Origin: the human T2T-CHM13v2.0 reference genome, Homo sapiens
Length of the DNA stretch: 64,000 nucleotides
Strand: one strand, 5' to 3'
Assembly: GCF_009914755.1 (NCBI RefSeq)
Contig: NC_060926.1
The notes beneath the pieces were generated by a model. It saw only the letters and a program-made list of their open reading frames with translations, was not told the origin of the DNA and did not search any database. Below are positions 1 to 19,826 of the stretch, piece by piece. Every line of letters starts with the position of its first letter. Position 1 is the first letter of the stretch. A program made the translations under genes and the position numbers.

Positions 1-860
1 AATGGCCAATATGCCTGGAAAACCTTATTAGTCTTAAGAAAAATGTGAATTAATACCAAATGATGTACCACTGCATATGTATTAGAGTAGATAAAAATCA
101 AGATATCAACAATACCAAATGTTGGCAAATGTGTAGAGTTCCTGGAACTGGTTGTGAGTGGGAGTGAATATTAGTGCACCCACCTAGAAAACTGCTGTTT
201 GATATTATCTACTAAGAATAGATAATACATATATACCATGAACCATAAACTTTATTGTCAGATTATTATACAAAAGAAACACCAAGAGTTGGATACATGA
301 GGGTTTATAATAATATTACTTTAAAATCCCCCAAACTAGAAATAACTCAAAGATCAATCAATAGTGTCCTGGATCAATAAACTATTAGTTTATTTATTTA
401 TGGAATATTGACACAAAGAAATGTTATACAGCAATAAAAATTAAAAACTATAGCTACATACTGTAGCATGCATATATTTCATGAACACAGTATTGAGAGA
501 AAAATGTCAATTATAGAGGAACATCTACGATATGATTCTATTTACACAACACTCAAAAACAGGCAAAACTAAATTATAATGTTAGAATTCAGGATAGTGA
601 TTTCTTTTGTAGAGGAGGAAGAAAGAATAATGATTAGAGGTAGGGGCTATGTAGGGAAGTTCCTGTGGTGCCTATAAGCTCCTACAGCACTAGCACCAGC
701 ACCCAGCACCCAGCATTCAGCACCCGGCTGTTTCTTTGACCAGGGTGGTGGCCACATTCATGTTTACTTTATGAAAATTTATTGAATGATACATTTAATT
801 TTGTGGCATTTCCTGTAAATGTTTTATAATCCACAATAAAAAATGTAAAATACTACATTG
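1..860 (+). mobile_element. Old LINE-1 (L1M, L1ME/L1MC-like) ORF2 end and 3' UTR fragment
   Basis: Degenerate L1 3' motifs (ataccaaatgttggcaaatgtgtagag...ctggaact; atatgattctatttac...aaaacaggcaaaactaa; aattcaggatagtg) ending in AATAAA plus an A-rich tail near 835-850. Confidence 0.6.
685..724. repeat. Short tandem repeat of CAGCAC(C), 6 degenerate units
   Basis: cagcac tagcac cagcacc cagcacc cagcatt cagcacc read directly. Confidence 0.85.
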
Positions 861-1224
861 AAAATAGTTTTAGGTGTCTTTCAAAATATACTGCGGGACA
901 GGTTTGGTTTCTTGTAGTTTCCACGTTTTATTTCTTTTTGCTTATAATTTTAATACTTGATTCAGTAAAGTATTACTCAGGGCTGTTAGATAACCTAATT
1001 CAGAAGCCTACTAGACATCTTGGGACCAGCTGAGAAGAAGTCCTTGGATACTGAAATTAAGACACCGAAAATGGGAAACTTCTGTCCCCAGCCCACTGGG
1101 GGTTCTGGTGCTCAGGTGGGCGTAAGCTGGTGGGAGAGATGCTTCCTCAACACCTGCAGTGGTGGACAGCAAAGGCAGCACCAAACAGGCATCTTTGTTA
1201 GGACTACTGACCCATGACGTGTAC

Positions 1225-1345
1225 AGACTTTTTCTAATTCTCTCAATATTTCTTCAGGTTAGTGTTACCACCATTTCATGAGTGAAGAAAGTACAGCTCA
1301 GAGAAGTTAAGTGATTTCCTCAGTGTTCTATAATACAAGGTGGGA
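1225..1345 (-). mobile_element. MIR SINE fragment
   Basis: gaagaaagtacagctcagagaagttaagtgatttcctcag resembles the reverse complement of the MIR core. Confidence 0.6.
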
Positions 1346-1483
1346 TCTAAGCAGGTTACAGAAAAGGCAAAATGGAAATGTACACTTAATTGGGCCAGAA
1401 AGCGATATTAATTTGGTCTTCAGTTCACTATTTATGCCCTGTTGCCTAAATGCACAGTTTTAGAAATAAAATATGTATGTGTG

Positions 1484-1567
1484 TATATATATATTATATA
1501 ATATATGTAATATAATATAGATATATAATATAATATATATAATATATACAATATATTATATATATAT
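1484..1567. repeat. (TA)n / TATAA low-complexity AT tract
   Basis: Almost pure A/T alternating repeat. Confidence 0.9.
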
Positions 1568-2049
1568 TTTAATCTCTAGAAGTTCAATTTGTGTCTGTTT
1601 TTGAAAAATACATTCCATGTCCTATAATCTCAAGCTTTATTTTGCCTTTTTTCTTCCTTTTACAATTTAAACAGATATAATACACTGAACAAGTCAAAAA
1701 AAGAAATAATCATAATATAAAAGTGAACAAATAACATAATCTAGGAATATACATAAATGATACATGTACAAATTCTTGATAAAATATACATAAAACATGC
1801 AACTAATCCCAAAATTTGAATAAAAAAAAATTGAATAAAAAATATTTTGCCTATCAGTTCACTAAAAATAAAAGCAATTGACAAGACTGCTTTTGGTGAG
1901 GGTTGGGGCAATGGCATTGTTGTGTACTCTGTTGATAGGAACATAAATTGGTCAAATATGTCAAATATATCTTTAATATCTATATCCTTGGAGTCAGTGA
2001 TCCCACTCCCATATGTCTACTCTAAAGAGATAATTGCATTAGAAGATGA

Positions 2050-3330
2050 ATATTCATTCATTCATTTAGCTGATAATCTAGAGAAAAAGATAGGATGTGC
2101 TCCTCCTACAGGGTGATTAGGAAAGGCTTCTCTGAGAAAAAGACATTTGAGCAGAGACTTGAAGGACATAGGGAAACAGGGCATAGATTTACCAGCCAAA
2201 GATGATTCCAAGCTGAGGGAACAGGAGGTGCAACGGTGAGGGTGTGTTGGTATATCTAAGGACAAGCGAGGAGGCCAGTGACAATGGAGCAGACAGAGGA
2301 AGGAATAAAGTGGTGGAAGCTGAAGCAGGTGGGGTTGGGTGGAACCCATGCTCTGAGATTGAGCAGGGCTTTTTCAGCCATTGTAAAACCAGTGAGGTTT
2401 TACTGTCAATGAAATAAACAGTGTTGGAGGGCTTTGAGTGGAGCAGTGATGAGTTATGACTTGAATTCGTAAAGATTTTTTCTGGCTGCTGGATGGTAAA
2501 CAGGCTGGAAATAAGCGAAAGTGTAAGCAGAAAGACCACTCTGGAAGTAATGACAGTAATCCATATGAGATATATGGGGGAGGGGACAGTGGAGGTGGTT
2601 GGAAGTGGTTGAATTCTCGATACTCTTTGAAAGTAGAAGCATCAAGATTTCCTGGTGGAGCAGATGTGAGTTGTAAAAGAAAGAATCTCAAGGATAACTG
2701 AGACTCGTGGCTGAGAAGAAGTATGACATGTATTGACATGGGAAAGCCTATAGGAAGAAAAGTTGGGCAAAGCTAGGTCAGAAAAATCAAGTGCTTTCAA
2801 CTTGTGAAGTTTGGAATACGTATTAGACATTTAATTACAGAATTCAGGAATTTAGAAAGATATCTAGGCTGGAGATGGAGATGTACATTTGGGAGTTGTG
2901 TGGATGGTGTTTAGTCCTGAGACCAGATAAGATCACCTCAGGAATGAATATAGATAGGGAAGAAAAAAGACCTGAGAACTAAACCATGGAATATTCCAAA
3001 ATTTAAAGGTCAGGAAGATGAAGAGAAACAAGCAAAAAGGTCAGAAGAGCAGTAGCTAAGAAAATAGGAGAAAACCTGAGCGAGTGGTGTCCTAGAAGGC
3101 AAGTGAAGAATTTCAGGAAATAAAGGAATGAACTAATGTGTCAACTGCTGCCCATGGGTCGAAGAGGATGAAGATGGAGGACAGACCAAGGGCATGACAA
3201 CACGGAGGTCATGATGGCCTTGAGAACTGTGTGTAGAGGAATGTGGATGTAAACTGATTGGAGTGGGTTTGAGAGAAGCAGGAGGAGAGAAAGCAAGGAT
3301 GACAAGTATAAAGAACTCTTTGAAGCATCT
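2050..3330 (-). mobile_element. L2 LINE fragment (3' part)
   Basis: Starts with (ATTC)n, the reversed L2 tail; ggaaaggcttctctgag...gacatttgagcagagacttgaagga and other L2 motifs in antisense. Confidence 0.8.
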
Positions 3331-3399
3331 TAGTTGTCTAGGGGGAAAAAATCCTTTGCCTCCTTGAACATATAGAATACAATTATAATAAATGAATGT

Positions 3400-4640
<1,241 letters not shown>

Positions 4641-6209
4641 ATGTTTTTCTTTTCATTGTACCTTTTTCTGTTTTCTACAAATGAAATAAATCTAACATAT
4701 GTCTCTGTGTTGCACTAACTTGGAATCATCCATCTACCTATTAACTAGTGGCAAGTATTCTAAGTGAAGTCATAGTTCTTTGGAAGAATGGAAAAGTCTT
4801 CATGCACTTGACCTGTAACACAGACTTTTCTGTATTAAAAGCAGATAGTCCCATTCGTTTCTCTTCCTCAACTACTCCAGAACATTCACCTATTACTCTC
4901 TGGCAAATACATGAAACTTCAGCTTCATTTGATCCTTAGTGAAGGAGATGATCCATTTAAACCATTACACAGGTCCAGACTGTAGCCATAAAACAAGCAT
5001 AACTTACAAAATGTTTTAGAAAGAAAGCCAATATTTACTCAACACATAACATCTGTTAGGGACTGAACCAGGAGCTCTCCCATACATTGTCAATTGACAT
5101 TTCATGACAACCTTATTAGATGGGCGGCATTATCTCTATTTTATTTTCATTGATATTCATGTCAAATCTTGCAATAGAGGATAAATGCTTTATATATGAC
5201 AGTTGTTATAATGCTTGCTACTGAATTGACAGTAAACAAAGTTATAGTTATGCCTTTACGTGCTTTGATTTTCTACATCAGAAAAGTGAGCGTCATGATA
5301 TGAAAATTGCCTCAAGGACAATCTGAGGTGAGAAACCATAAGGAAAAAAATAGTGTGCATTCATGCTACAACTATTTGGATCCCATTTACACTATTCCCT
5401 GCTGCTGTTTTTCAAGGAAGCTAGTTTGACAAAAGAGTTAATCCCTCCTTTAAGAGAGTTTATTCTCTCTTAACATTGTTTTTTCCTTTCTGCTTCACAA
5501 ACAGGCCTATTCATTATCACTTTAAATCAAGGTTATGCAAGACCAGGGAGTTCCAACTTGCAAACTGAAGTTTGGCAAACCCAGTACAATTTCTAGGATA
5601 GCTCTAAGCACAGCACACCTGCCTGTACCTTCACCTGAATGCATACTTTGCCTAGTCCACTCACTCAAACTTTGTAGGGATGACAACCAGGACTTGGATG
5701 CCTTCAAATCCAAAACAGGGCTTTTTGCTTATGGAATTCCCTACGTGCATACTCATGGGCATTACCACATAGGTGCAGGTGGCCCTTGCCTGAGACTGAA
5801 AAGTGAGCTGATGTTTCCTTCCTTGTTTCTCTTTGCTCTGGCTTCAGCATGCTTCCCACCTTCACCTGCAATGTGCAGTGCTTCCCTTTGCTAATTGTCT
5901 GCCACAGGTCTTAGTTCAGCTAGGTTATAGCGTGTAGAGATGGATTCACTATGGAGGAAAACCTAACTCCTTTTTGTATGTCACCTACTTAATAGATTAC
6001 CTTTACTAGGTGACACATTGAAATGAATTAAAGGGAACATTTCTTAAGGAGGCCAAGAGCCAGGCTAAAATCTTTCTCACATCCCACTTTATGAAAGTAG
6101 GTGCCATCTCTACTATTTCCACATGGAAGGCCAGTCTTGGTTTTATTGGCAGTTTTTAAAATGTGCTCTGATATCTCACATTTCCTTTCTGAATAATATT
6201 TTAAAATTA

Positions 6210-6430
6210 GCACGTATTGTGGGCTTATTATGTGCTTGGCACTGAGTAAGTAGTTTTACAAGCTCTTATATCTCAAGCCACAAAGACAACTTTGTGAAGT
6301 AAATAATTTAATCCTCACTTTATATAGATAAGAAAACTGACACTCAAAGAGGTTAAGTGGCTATCAACGTCCCCCTTATAAGTCATAGAACCATGATTCC
6401 AACCCCCATCTAGTTCTTTCCACTACATAG
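6210..6430 (-). mobile_element. MIR SINE
   Basis: atgtgcttggcactg...atagataagaaaactgacactcaaagaggttaagtgg matches the MIR core in antisense. Confidence 0.75.
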
Positions 6431-7869
6431 AGTTTGGGAGCAAAAGTAATTAATATGAAGATTCACAGGCTGGTGCATTAAGCTGGCCACTTATGCTCAG
6501 CAGGTCTATTATAAGATCATTATATTTATAAAGCACAGGATTATACACACAGTTTGCAGTCAGATACATTCAGAGATCACACTACTTAGTTTGTAGTGCT
6601 TTGATCTTAGCAAAGGAAAGACTTTCACTGAATCCACAGAGCAGAACGTGAGGCATACATACTCCTTGGAGGTAAATATGGAGAGAGAGGTGACGTTAGT
6701 AAATTTTTAAAAACTAGATATGAAGGGAGAATATTGGTGATAGAATTCAAGCTTTATTACAATGAAGGGGTGGTTTAGTGTAAGTAAAAATATTACAACA
6801 GGATGACTTCATGGTTGTTCATGAATGCATTCAATTTCCTTCTTGAGCATGTGCTATTTTTACTGCATGAAGAAATCTTGGTGCTATTTTAGCCTTCTCA
6901 TGTTCCACTTGCCTTTACATATCCTTATTTTGGGGAGTGATGTTTGCTAGAGATAAAGTTGTAGGTATTTGCATGGGTTTTGCTTGCTTAATCTGTATAG
7001 CAGTGTATAGCTCAAGGAAATTCCTTCTGTATACTCATAAGCAAAATGTTTTAGGAAAATGTTAGATTTCCTGAGAAGGCTGTGTTCCATTTTTCTTAAG
7101 TAGAGGTAAAATGGTAGAAAGGACTGCACACATATTCTCTGTCTTTATAGTGCTCCAAAATTTAAAATGTAATGTTATAAAATAATTCAAATAAATCAGA
7201 GGCATATCTCAGAAGGTATATCATACCATCATATCATCCCTCCCTCTTTCTCTGTCAACTTCTCTTCCTTTCCCAGAGGTGATGTTTGTTAACAATATGG
7301 GGTATAACATTCTAGCCATTATTTTTCCCAGCGACTCACCACACACACACCCACAAAACCCACACACAAACACCAGACACAACACATATCATTTAATCAG
7401 ACCTTGCTATTCATAACAAGGCTTCAACACAGCATTGATTCATTCATATATCTTACTGTTAAAGTTATTAACCATCTCTCTCTCATAAAAAAACTTTTAA
7501 GGAGTTCTATGGATCAAAATTTCTGAGAGATTGCCAGGTAGTTCAGGCCTGGATTAATTGATCCATTTGCTTTGATGACTCAGCAGATGGAGTTAACAGG
7601 TTATAGTAACTTATCCAATTGTGGTGTTGTTTTGTCTTTATATTCTCAGTTTTAGTGATTTTCAAGCTTTCTTGTTGCCAGTACTGCCATTATTGTTGAT
7701 TCGAGGAAACTGGGATTAGAGTTCTACATATCATGGCTTTATTGGCTTTATTGTGTGTGTTTCTACATAGAGATGGATCTAAAAGGTAAATCTGTCTTGT
7801 GGGTATTTTCCAGCATTTTGGACCACTCATAGAAAATGGCTGGGATGAAATGGTTACCTGCTCAGGCTC

Positions 7870-8815
7870 TGTTGTCAGGGTCAGCCTCTCTACTCATGAG
7901 CTACGGGACTCAATCCTTTCATTTGGTTATGCCCTAAAATCCTAGCGTCGTCTTTGACTTATCTCTTTTACTCATTACCCCATATCCAATACATCCAGAA
8001 ATTGTTTGGCTCTACTTTTCTTATAAAAACCTACAATTTGACCGCTTCTTACCACCACCACTGTTGCCACTGTAATCTGAAGCATTGCATGCTGTTGCCT
8101 GCATATCTACCATCACTTTCTAACTAGCCTCCCTGCCTCTCCCTAAGCTTCCCTGCTCTGTATTCTCAGCCCAGCCCCACAGTGATTCTTAGACTTGCTA
8201 CTCCATGGACTCGAAGCATAAGCTTTACCTGGGAGCTCATTAGAAAGGCAGAATCCCAGACTCTACTCCAGACCTGAATAAGAATCTGCCTCTCAACAAG
8301 ATCTCCAGGTACCACAAGACTACATGTGGTGAAAGATCATTAAGAAAACCAAAAAGAAAAAAACCACTCTGAATCATCATGAACTAAAACTTTTATAAAA
8401 TGCTATAAAAAATGAGTTACCCAAAAATAAAATTTAAAAAACACAGGAAATAGATATAAAAAATATGCACGCCCCAATTTTGTGTTATTTGATTCAACAG
8501 ACCTAAAACTACTCTGTCATACTGCTATAGAAGTTTCCAAATGCTTACCCCCAATGTCAGGACTAAGCTTTTCATAGAGCAGTTTATGGACAGCTCACTG
8601 ACCAAGGGCCACTCTCTCATTTTTCTGCTCTAGCTAGTCTGCCCTCCTGGATGTTCCCAGACCTCACAGGTTATGTTTGTCTCTCCCCGGGCTCTTGCTC
8701 TGCTGGTTCCCTCTGCCTGGAGCTCTCTTCTATAATTAGCTGTTTGACTAAATCCATCACCTATTCAAGTCTTTACTCAATGGTCACCAATCCATGGCCT
8801 GTGTTTTCGATGACC
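7870..8815 (+). mobile_element. L2 fragments split by a MER5A/Charlie-type insertion
   Basis: aaaatcctagcgtcgtctttgact...ccccatatccaat (L2), resuming near 8620 with gctggttccctctgcctgga. Confidence 0.6.
8185..8310. mobile_element. MER5A (hAT-Charlie MITE)
   Basis: acctgggagctcattagaaaggcagaatcccagactctactccagacctgaataagaatctgc...aacaagatctccaggt. Confidence 0.7.
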
Positions 8816-11800
8816 TTGTCAGTTTCGAGGAATACTGCTTAGATGTTTTGTTAAATGTATTCTGACTGGGAATTATCTGCTGTTTTTCTCATGATTGTAC
8901 TGAGGTTATAGGTTTTGGAGAGGAAGACCACAGAGATGAAATGCCAATTTCTTTACATCATCTCAAGGGTATGTATTATCAACCTGACCTATCACAGTTG
9001 ATGTTAAATTCATTGCTTGGCTAAGATAGTGTTTGTCAGGTTTCTCCACTGTAAAGTTCTTCTTTCCAATAGTTGGGTGCTGACCCCTTTCCAAGCTGTC
9101 AGAAGAAAGTCATTTTGCAGTGCCCACATTTAGGTGTAGAGAGCTATGCTTTACCTCCTTGAGAGTGGAAGATGGACATAAACAATTTGTATTAATAATT
9201 CATCTGCATGGGAGATGATCTCTTCCAATTATTCATTCATTTATTTATATCAGTATTGACTCATAAATATTTACTTTATGCTTTGAGTGATAATCCAATT
9301 CTACTTTATTTTGTTGCTCCAGTTTTTCCAGCTTTGGACCATTGGGAGCTCATTCAGTTGGCCCTTCTGTCCCTTTGACCTGCCTCCATATTTGTTTGTG
9401 TTTTCAGCTGTTTCTGACTTTCCAGCATTATAAGATTTTTCAGACTCATTTTTGTGTATTTCCTGCCTCAGTCCTCAAATCAGCCATTTCTCTGAGAAGC
9501 CCTCATTTCATTTAATGGGAAATGGCATTAAAAACCAAGATCTGGGTGGTAAGGGTGCTTGCTGCTCCTGGGGTGCTATCAGTCTTTTTAATCTCATAGA
9601 GATTTTAATTTTCTTTTCCTGATGAATAATGAGGTTGAACACCTTTTTACATGCTATTTAGCTATTTGTATATCCTAATTTATGAAGTGTCTGTTCAAGT
9701 CTTTGATCCATTTTTATTGCTTTTCTTTTTTTTCTTAGTTTTAAAAATTGAATTGTAGGACTGCTTTGTAGTCTGAATACAATGAATGTGAAACTTTGTC
9801 AAATACACACAGAGACACACACATATCGAGATATTGCAAATATATTCTTCAAGTTTGTGGCTTGTCCATCTACTTTTAAATTAATATGTTTAAAATTTAC
9901 ACATAATGAAATGGACTCATTTTGATAAATACACATAATTTAAATTTATATTTAAATTTGTCACTCCATTATTTTTCTTCTACTTGTTTCTTCTGTCTTG
10001 TTCCTTGGTTTCTCTTTTATTGCCTTCCTGGGAGTTACATGAATTTTTTTTGGATTCCATCTTCATTTATAATATTTTTAAGTATATCAGTTTGTATAGT
10101 TTTTTTGTGGTTGCTCTAGCTATTACAATACATGTTTTCCTTGTCACAGTCAGCTGTTATCAATGTTTTACCACTTCAAGTAAAGTGTAGAATTGTTATT
10201 TCAATTTAATTTCCTTTACTTCCCCACTTTTAAAATACAACTGTCTTAAGAATTTTCTCTACATTCATTGAGCACACCTTCAAATGGTGTTAAAATGTTT
10301 TCTTCAGCCATCAAGAAATTCATAAGAAGGAGAACATATATTTATTTTATTTGTACCCTTGATTTTACCCATTGCAAACTTATTCTTTCTTTTCTGAAGT
10401 TTGAAGCTTTCTTCATTTCATTTCTTCGAATTAGTTCATTTCTGTTTAAAGAAATTTCCTTAGTCATTCTTTAAGGGTAGATTTACTAGTGACAAATTCA
10501 TTTAATTTTCTTTTGCCTAAAAATGTCTTTAATTCTCTTTTACTCCTAAAGGATATTTTTTGGCAGAGACGAAATTCATGATTGACAGTTCTGTTCTTTC
10601 AGAGCTTGAAAAATGTGGTGCCACTTTCTTCTGGCCTTATGGCTTTAGATGAGAAATTGCTGTTATTCAAATTGGTGCTCCTCTATAAGTAATATGTCAT
10701 TTAAAAATTGTTTTCTTTGTCTTTCATTTTCAGAAGTTCAAATTATGATATGTCTCAGAATACATTTTTGTGTGTGTGTTTATCTTATTTGAGTTTTTTC
10801 AGCCTCTGAAATCTTTAAATTTATATCTTTTCAAAATTGAGAAGTTTCAGCCATTATTATCTTTGAATACTTTTTTTTTTTCGGTTTTGCCCACTCTCTT
10901 TTTTCCTTCTGGAACTCCAGTGACGTAAATATTGGCTCTTGTTATTATCTCGTAAGTACCTGAGAACTTGTTAAGCTTGTTCAGTCTATTTTGTGACTGT
11001 TATTCAGGTTTGGTTAATTCTATTGGTCTGTCCTCAAGTTCACTGATTCTATTCTCTGTTTTCTCCATTCTACTATTGAGCCCATCCAGTGATTTTCTTT
11101 TTAATTTTGGTTGTTATATTTTATAGAGACATAATTTTCACTTGGTTATTTTTTATAACTCCTTTTTTTTGGTGTTGAGATTTTCTTGCTTTCTATTTGA
11201 GGAGAATTTCTAAATGCATTTCAAGGTATTTTTATGTCTTTAAAATCCTTGTCAGGTAATCCCAACATCCCATCCCTTTCAATGTTGGCATCTGTTGACT
11301 CTCTTTCTCATTCTAGTTGTGATTTTCCTGATTGTTGGTATGATGAGTGACATTTGGGTATCCTGGACATGTTGAATGTTATATTTTGAAACTCTGGATT
11401 CTGTTCTGTAGAGATATATCACAAGGGCAGAGTTGGCATGTATCTTCAGCTTCCCACTGTGCAAATGTGGGGCACTGATTCACACTGCTCTGTGGCAGAT
11501 GAGTGAGTTACAACTTTAGCTCCTCCCTTGTTCCCCTGATATCTTGCCAGTGCAAGGGGGCGTTGGCTCAGACCAAGTTTTTGCCACTGAGAGAGAGTAA
11601 AATCAGCTCCTGCTGAGTTTGCTGACACCAGGGAAAAGAAGAAGGGGCAGGAAAGGGCAGATCTGTGCCACCTCCCACCACTTTTTTCCACCACTTGATG
11701 TCAGGTGGAGGTGAGAAGCTGGACTCCCTTTTGGGTCCCACAGATACAGGGGTTGGAGGTGTACAGCAGAGGGGTGATGAGACCCACCTCTAATTAAGAC

Positions 11801-12156
11801 CCACCATCTAATTAAGTCTCTTTGTTGCCAGGTGGGAGTGGAGGCTCAGCTCAATTCTAGATCCCACTGATGCTCCCTGGATGGGACAAACAGAGCACCT
11901 CCCATTTTTGCTGGGCAAGAGAGGAAAGGTCAACTCCCCAGTTGGCCTTGATGCCACTAACATGGCAGCGGATTCAGGGCTTTGCCTGCTCTAGACAGGT
12001 AGGCGATGGAAGAACAGCCCTCGGCTTGGCCCTGCCAACACCACTGGGTCAGGAGATTGGAGAACCAGTGTCTGATTTCACTGTGCAAGGAGCTGAGGGA
12101 GTGAAGTGATGAGCAAATGGAGAGAAGATAAGCTTCCTTCTTAGCCCAACACGGAA

Positions 12157-12169
12157 GAGAGAGAGAGGG

Positions 12170-12208
<39 letters not shown>
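12157..12208. repeat. Compound (GA)n(GT)n microsatellite
   Basis: agagagagagggagagtgtgtg... read directly. Confidence 0.95.
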
Positions 12209-12209
<1 letters not shown>

Positions 12210-12666
12210 GAAAGTTGGCTTTTTTATTGGTATTTGTTTTGAATGGGGTGGATATTGTCAAAAAGTTTGTGTTCTGTTAGGTCACTCTTTACTTGATGTT
12301 TGAGTATGAGTATCACCTTTTCTTGGAGCTTTTTGTCTGGATTTGTGCCTGTGAGCAGTTCTGCGTTGGAGGCTTCTACAGTATTTTTTCTGGGATGTAT
12401 GGAGGCAGTATATGGAGACCCAGGGAACTCATCTCCCCATTGTTTCTTAAGTCTCAGGGTTCCCAGACAGTCTGCTTTCTTCTTTCCACATTTGAGAGCC
12501 TATAATTATTTGTTATGTGATTCAATGGTAAGAAGGAAGACCTGGGAGGAATGGGCTAATTTATCTTGGTCAGAACTCAAAGTCACCAACAGTATCTCTT
12601 GAGGAGTCAAAGTTTTTACGTTTATGAGATTCCAGTTTTCATATTTTTTTCCTTCCTGGATCATAG

Positions 12667-13019
<353 letters not shown>

Positions 13020-14943
13020 TGTTGATTTTTTTTTTAACACCCTTCATCAGGTTGAGGAAGTTCCTTCTATTCATTCTTTGTTGAGAGTTTTTATTTTTTT
13101 CTTTAATCAGGCATTAAAAAAATACCTGTATGTTGAATTTTGTCAAACTTTTTGTTCTACATCTATGGAGATGATTGTATAATTTTTCTTAATTTTTTTA
13201 ATGTGCTGAAGTACTTTTATTAATTTTTGAATGTTAAACTAGCCTTTTATTTCTGGTGCAAACCTCAGTTGTGATTATATTTTTTGTATTTGTTGGATTC
13301 GACTTGCTAAAATTTCATTTAGAATTTTGGCTGCATTTTCATTAGAGATATTGGTCTAGAGTTTATTTTTTCTTGTAATTCTATGTTTGGTATTGGTATC
13401 AGGGCTTTCATAAACATGTAGCTTGGTAAAACATTTGTTAACTTTTTTAGATCTTTTGGTGCCCATAAACTTTATTTATATTTTTTGTTTCAGCAGGTCT
13501 TCTTTTGATATATTCCTCCCTTGCCAACAATAATTAAAGAATCTGATGGTTAGTAATTAACTCCAAGGTTAAGAATAAATTAGTATACATTTGAATTATA
13601 ATCTTTTGATTTATGGTGACCCTAAAGTGAAGGTAATTAAATGTTACAGCCATAATCTCTGATCAACTCTTTAAGGATGTATATTTAAGTAGTTCATCTA
13701 AATAAAAAACTAGTTTTTGTAGGAATTCTAACTACCATTACCAAATCATTTTTTGAAGTTATTTTCCATTCTGAAACACTTCAGTGGCTATGAATAATGC
13801 AAACATGGAACACATTTACACTTGTTTCTGTTTTTTCTGCTGGTTTGACTTTACCAAACTATCATGAGTCAATTATGCGAAGTGGTGGTAATCAATTTGC
13901 ATCTTTAGACAAGTGAAAGCTTTTTACAAAGGATAGTTATTAAATGTTTGGTATTTCTAAGGAGGATGGAGGAAGAAAAAATATGAGTCCTTATAATTAG
14001 AAGAAATATGCGGTTTGCAGAACAAAGGAATGCAAATACGATTCTTTGACCCTGGCTCTGTCACCACAAGGAGATTCTGGTGTATACTTTCCTTGCACTA
14101 GTTCCAAATGGTGCAATTCCATTTATCCTTAAATGCGTCAACACCTTACATTTTATATTTAAATCAGGCAATTGTTATAAATTCAATTTTTATTTAAAAA
14201 ATAAAAACTAGGTATAACATTACCTGATAAGTAGAACATGAATCTTTTAAAGCGTTTCAACATTTTTCATCATTTTTCTTTGCTCATGAAAAGATCAATG
14301 CAATTTTAAAAGATTATGGTACTTTTAATGACAATTTCAGGGCTACTCTTTTCAGAAATAATTTTATTTGAAATGTTTCCATTTCCCAATAACTGTGTTT
14401 TCCATCTCCATTCTATGCTTTGAAATGTGTCAGATATTTCCTGAGATTTAAAATGCTCTTACTCAAGGTTATGTGATAGTACAGGATAACTTAAATGAGA
14501 GCATTACCACAAAATAAGGTGTTATTGAAATCTTACATCTCCGTAGACCTTCTCAGGTATTTCAATAGAAATACAGAGAGAAAGAAGTTTTCCTTAAGGC
14601 CTTTCCAATTCCTTCCATTTATTGGCTTTGAGTGAGGGAACTTGTTCCCTCAGACTGAATTTTCAAGATAACAGATCCCTGAAATCTTTCTGCTTTTTGT
14701 TTGTTTGTTTCTTTTATTTATATATATATATATTTTTTTATTATACTTTAAGTTCTAGGGTACATGTGCACAACGTGCAGGTTTGTTACATATGTATACA
14801 CATGCCATGTTGGTGTGCTGCACCCATTAACTCATCATTTACTTTAGGTATATCTTCTAATGCTATCCCTCCCCCTTCCCCTCACTGCACAACAGGCCCC
14901 GGTGTGTGATGTTCCCCTTCCTGTGTCCAAGTGTACTCATTGT

Positions 14944-18750
<3,807 letters not shown>

Positions 18751-18813
18751 TATGATGTTAGCTGGTTATTTTGCTCGTTAGTTGATGCAGTTTCTTCCTA
18801 GCCTCGATGGTCT

Positions 18814-19826
18814 TTACAATTTGGCATGTTTTTGCAGTGGCTGGTACTGGTTGTTCCTTTCCATGTTTAGTGCTTCCTTCAGGAGCTCTTTTAGGGCAGG
18901 CCTGGTGGTGAAAAAATCTCTCAGCATTTGCTTGTGTGTAAAGTATTTTATTTCTCCTTCACTTATGGAGCTTAGTTTGGCTGGATATGAAATTCTGGGT
19001 TGAAAATTCGTTTCTCTAAGAATTTTGAATATTGGCGCCCACTCTCTTCTGGCTTTTAGAGTTTCTGCCAAGAGATCCGCTGTTAGTCTGATGGGCTTCC
19101 CTTTGTGGGTAACGGGACCTGTCTCTCTGGCTGCCCTTAACATTTTTTCCTTCATTTCAACTTTGATGAATCTGACAATTATGTGTCTTGGAGTTGCTCT
19201 TCTCAAGGAGTATCTTTGTGGTATTCTCTGTATTTCCTGAATTTGAATGTTGGCCTGCCTTGCTAGGTTGGGGAAGTTCTCCTGGATAATATCCTGCAGG
19301 GTGTTTTCCAACTTGGTTCCATTCTCCCCATCACTTTCAGGTACACCAATCAGACGTAGATTTGGTCTTTTTACATAGTCCCATATTTCTTGGAGGCTTT
19401 GTTCATTTCTTTTTATTCTTTTTTCTCTAAACTTCTCTTCTTGCTTCATTTCATTCGTTTGATCTTCAGTCACTGATACCCTTTCTTCCAGCTGATCAAA
19501 TCAGCTACTGAAGCCTGTGCATGTGTCACGTAGTTCTCGTGACATGGTTTTCATCTCCATCAGGTCCTTTAAGGACTTCTCTGCATTGGTTATTCTAGTT
19601 AGCCATTCGTTTAATCTTTTTTTCAAGGTTTTTAACTTCTTTGCAATGGGTTCAAACTTCCTCCTTTAGCTCGGAGAAGTTTGATCGTCTGCAGACTTCT
19701 TGTCTCAACTCATCAAAGTCATTCTCTGTCCAGCTTTGTTCCATTGCTGGTGAGGAGCTGTGTTCCTTTGGAGGAGAAGAGGTGCTCTGATTTTAAGAAT
19801 TTTCAGTTTTTCTGTTTTTTCCCCAT
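18814..19826 (-). pseudogene. L1 ORF1 (RNA-binding chaperone), frameshifted near the start
   Basis: ATGGGGAAAAAACAG start at 19826 followed by a 5-bp deletion versus consensus; intact C-terminal 219 aa (EIWDYVKRPNLRLIGVPE...YPAKLS). Confidence 0.93.

Noticed and set aside
1484-1567. AT-rich tract as a palindromic fragile-site element
   Set aside because: Short, imperfect (TA)n low-complexity sequence of a very common type
11780-11816. Small tandem duplications (agacccacc-tctaatta x2; also 28290-28317 and 3759-3778)
   Set aside because: Ordinary slippage duplications inside old repeats
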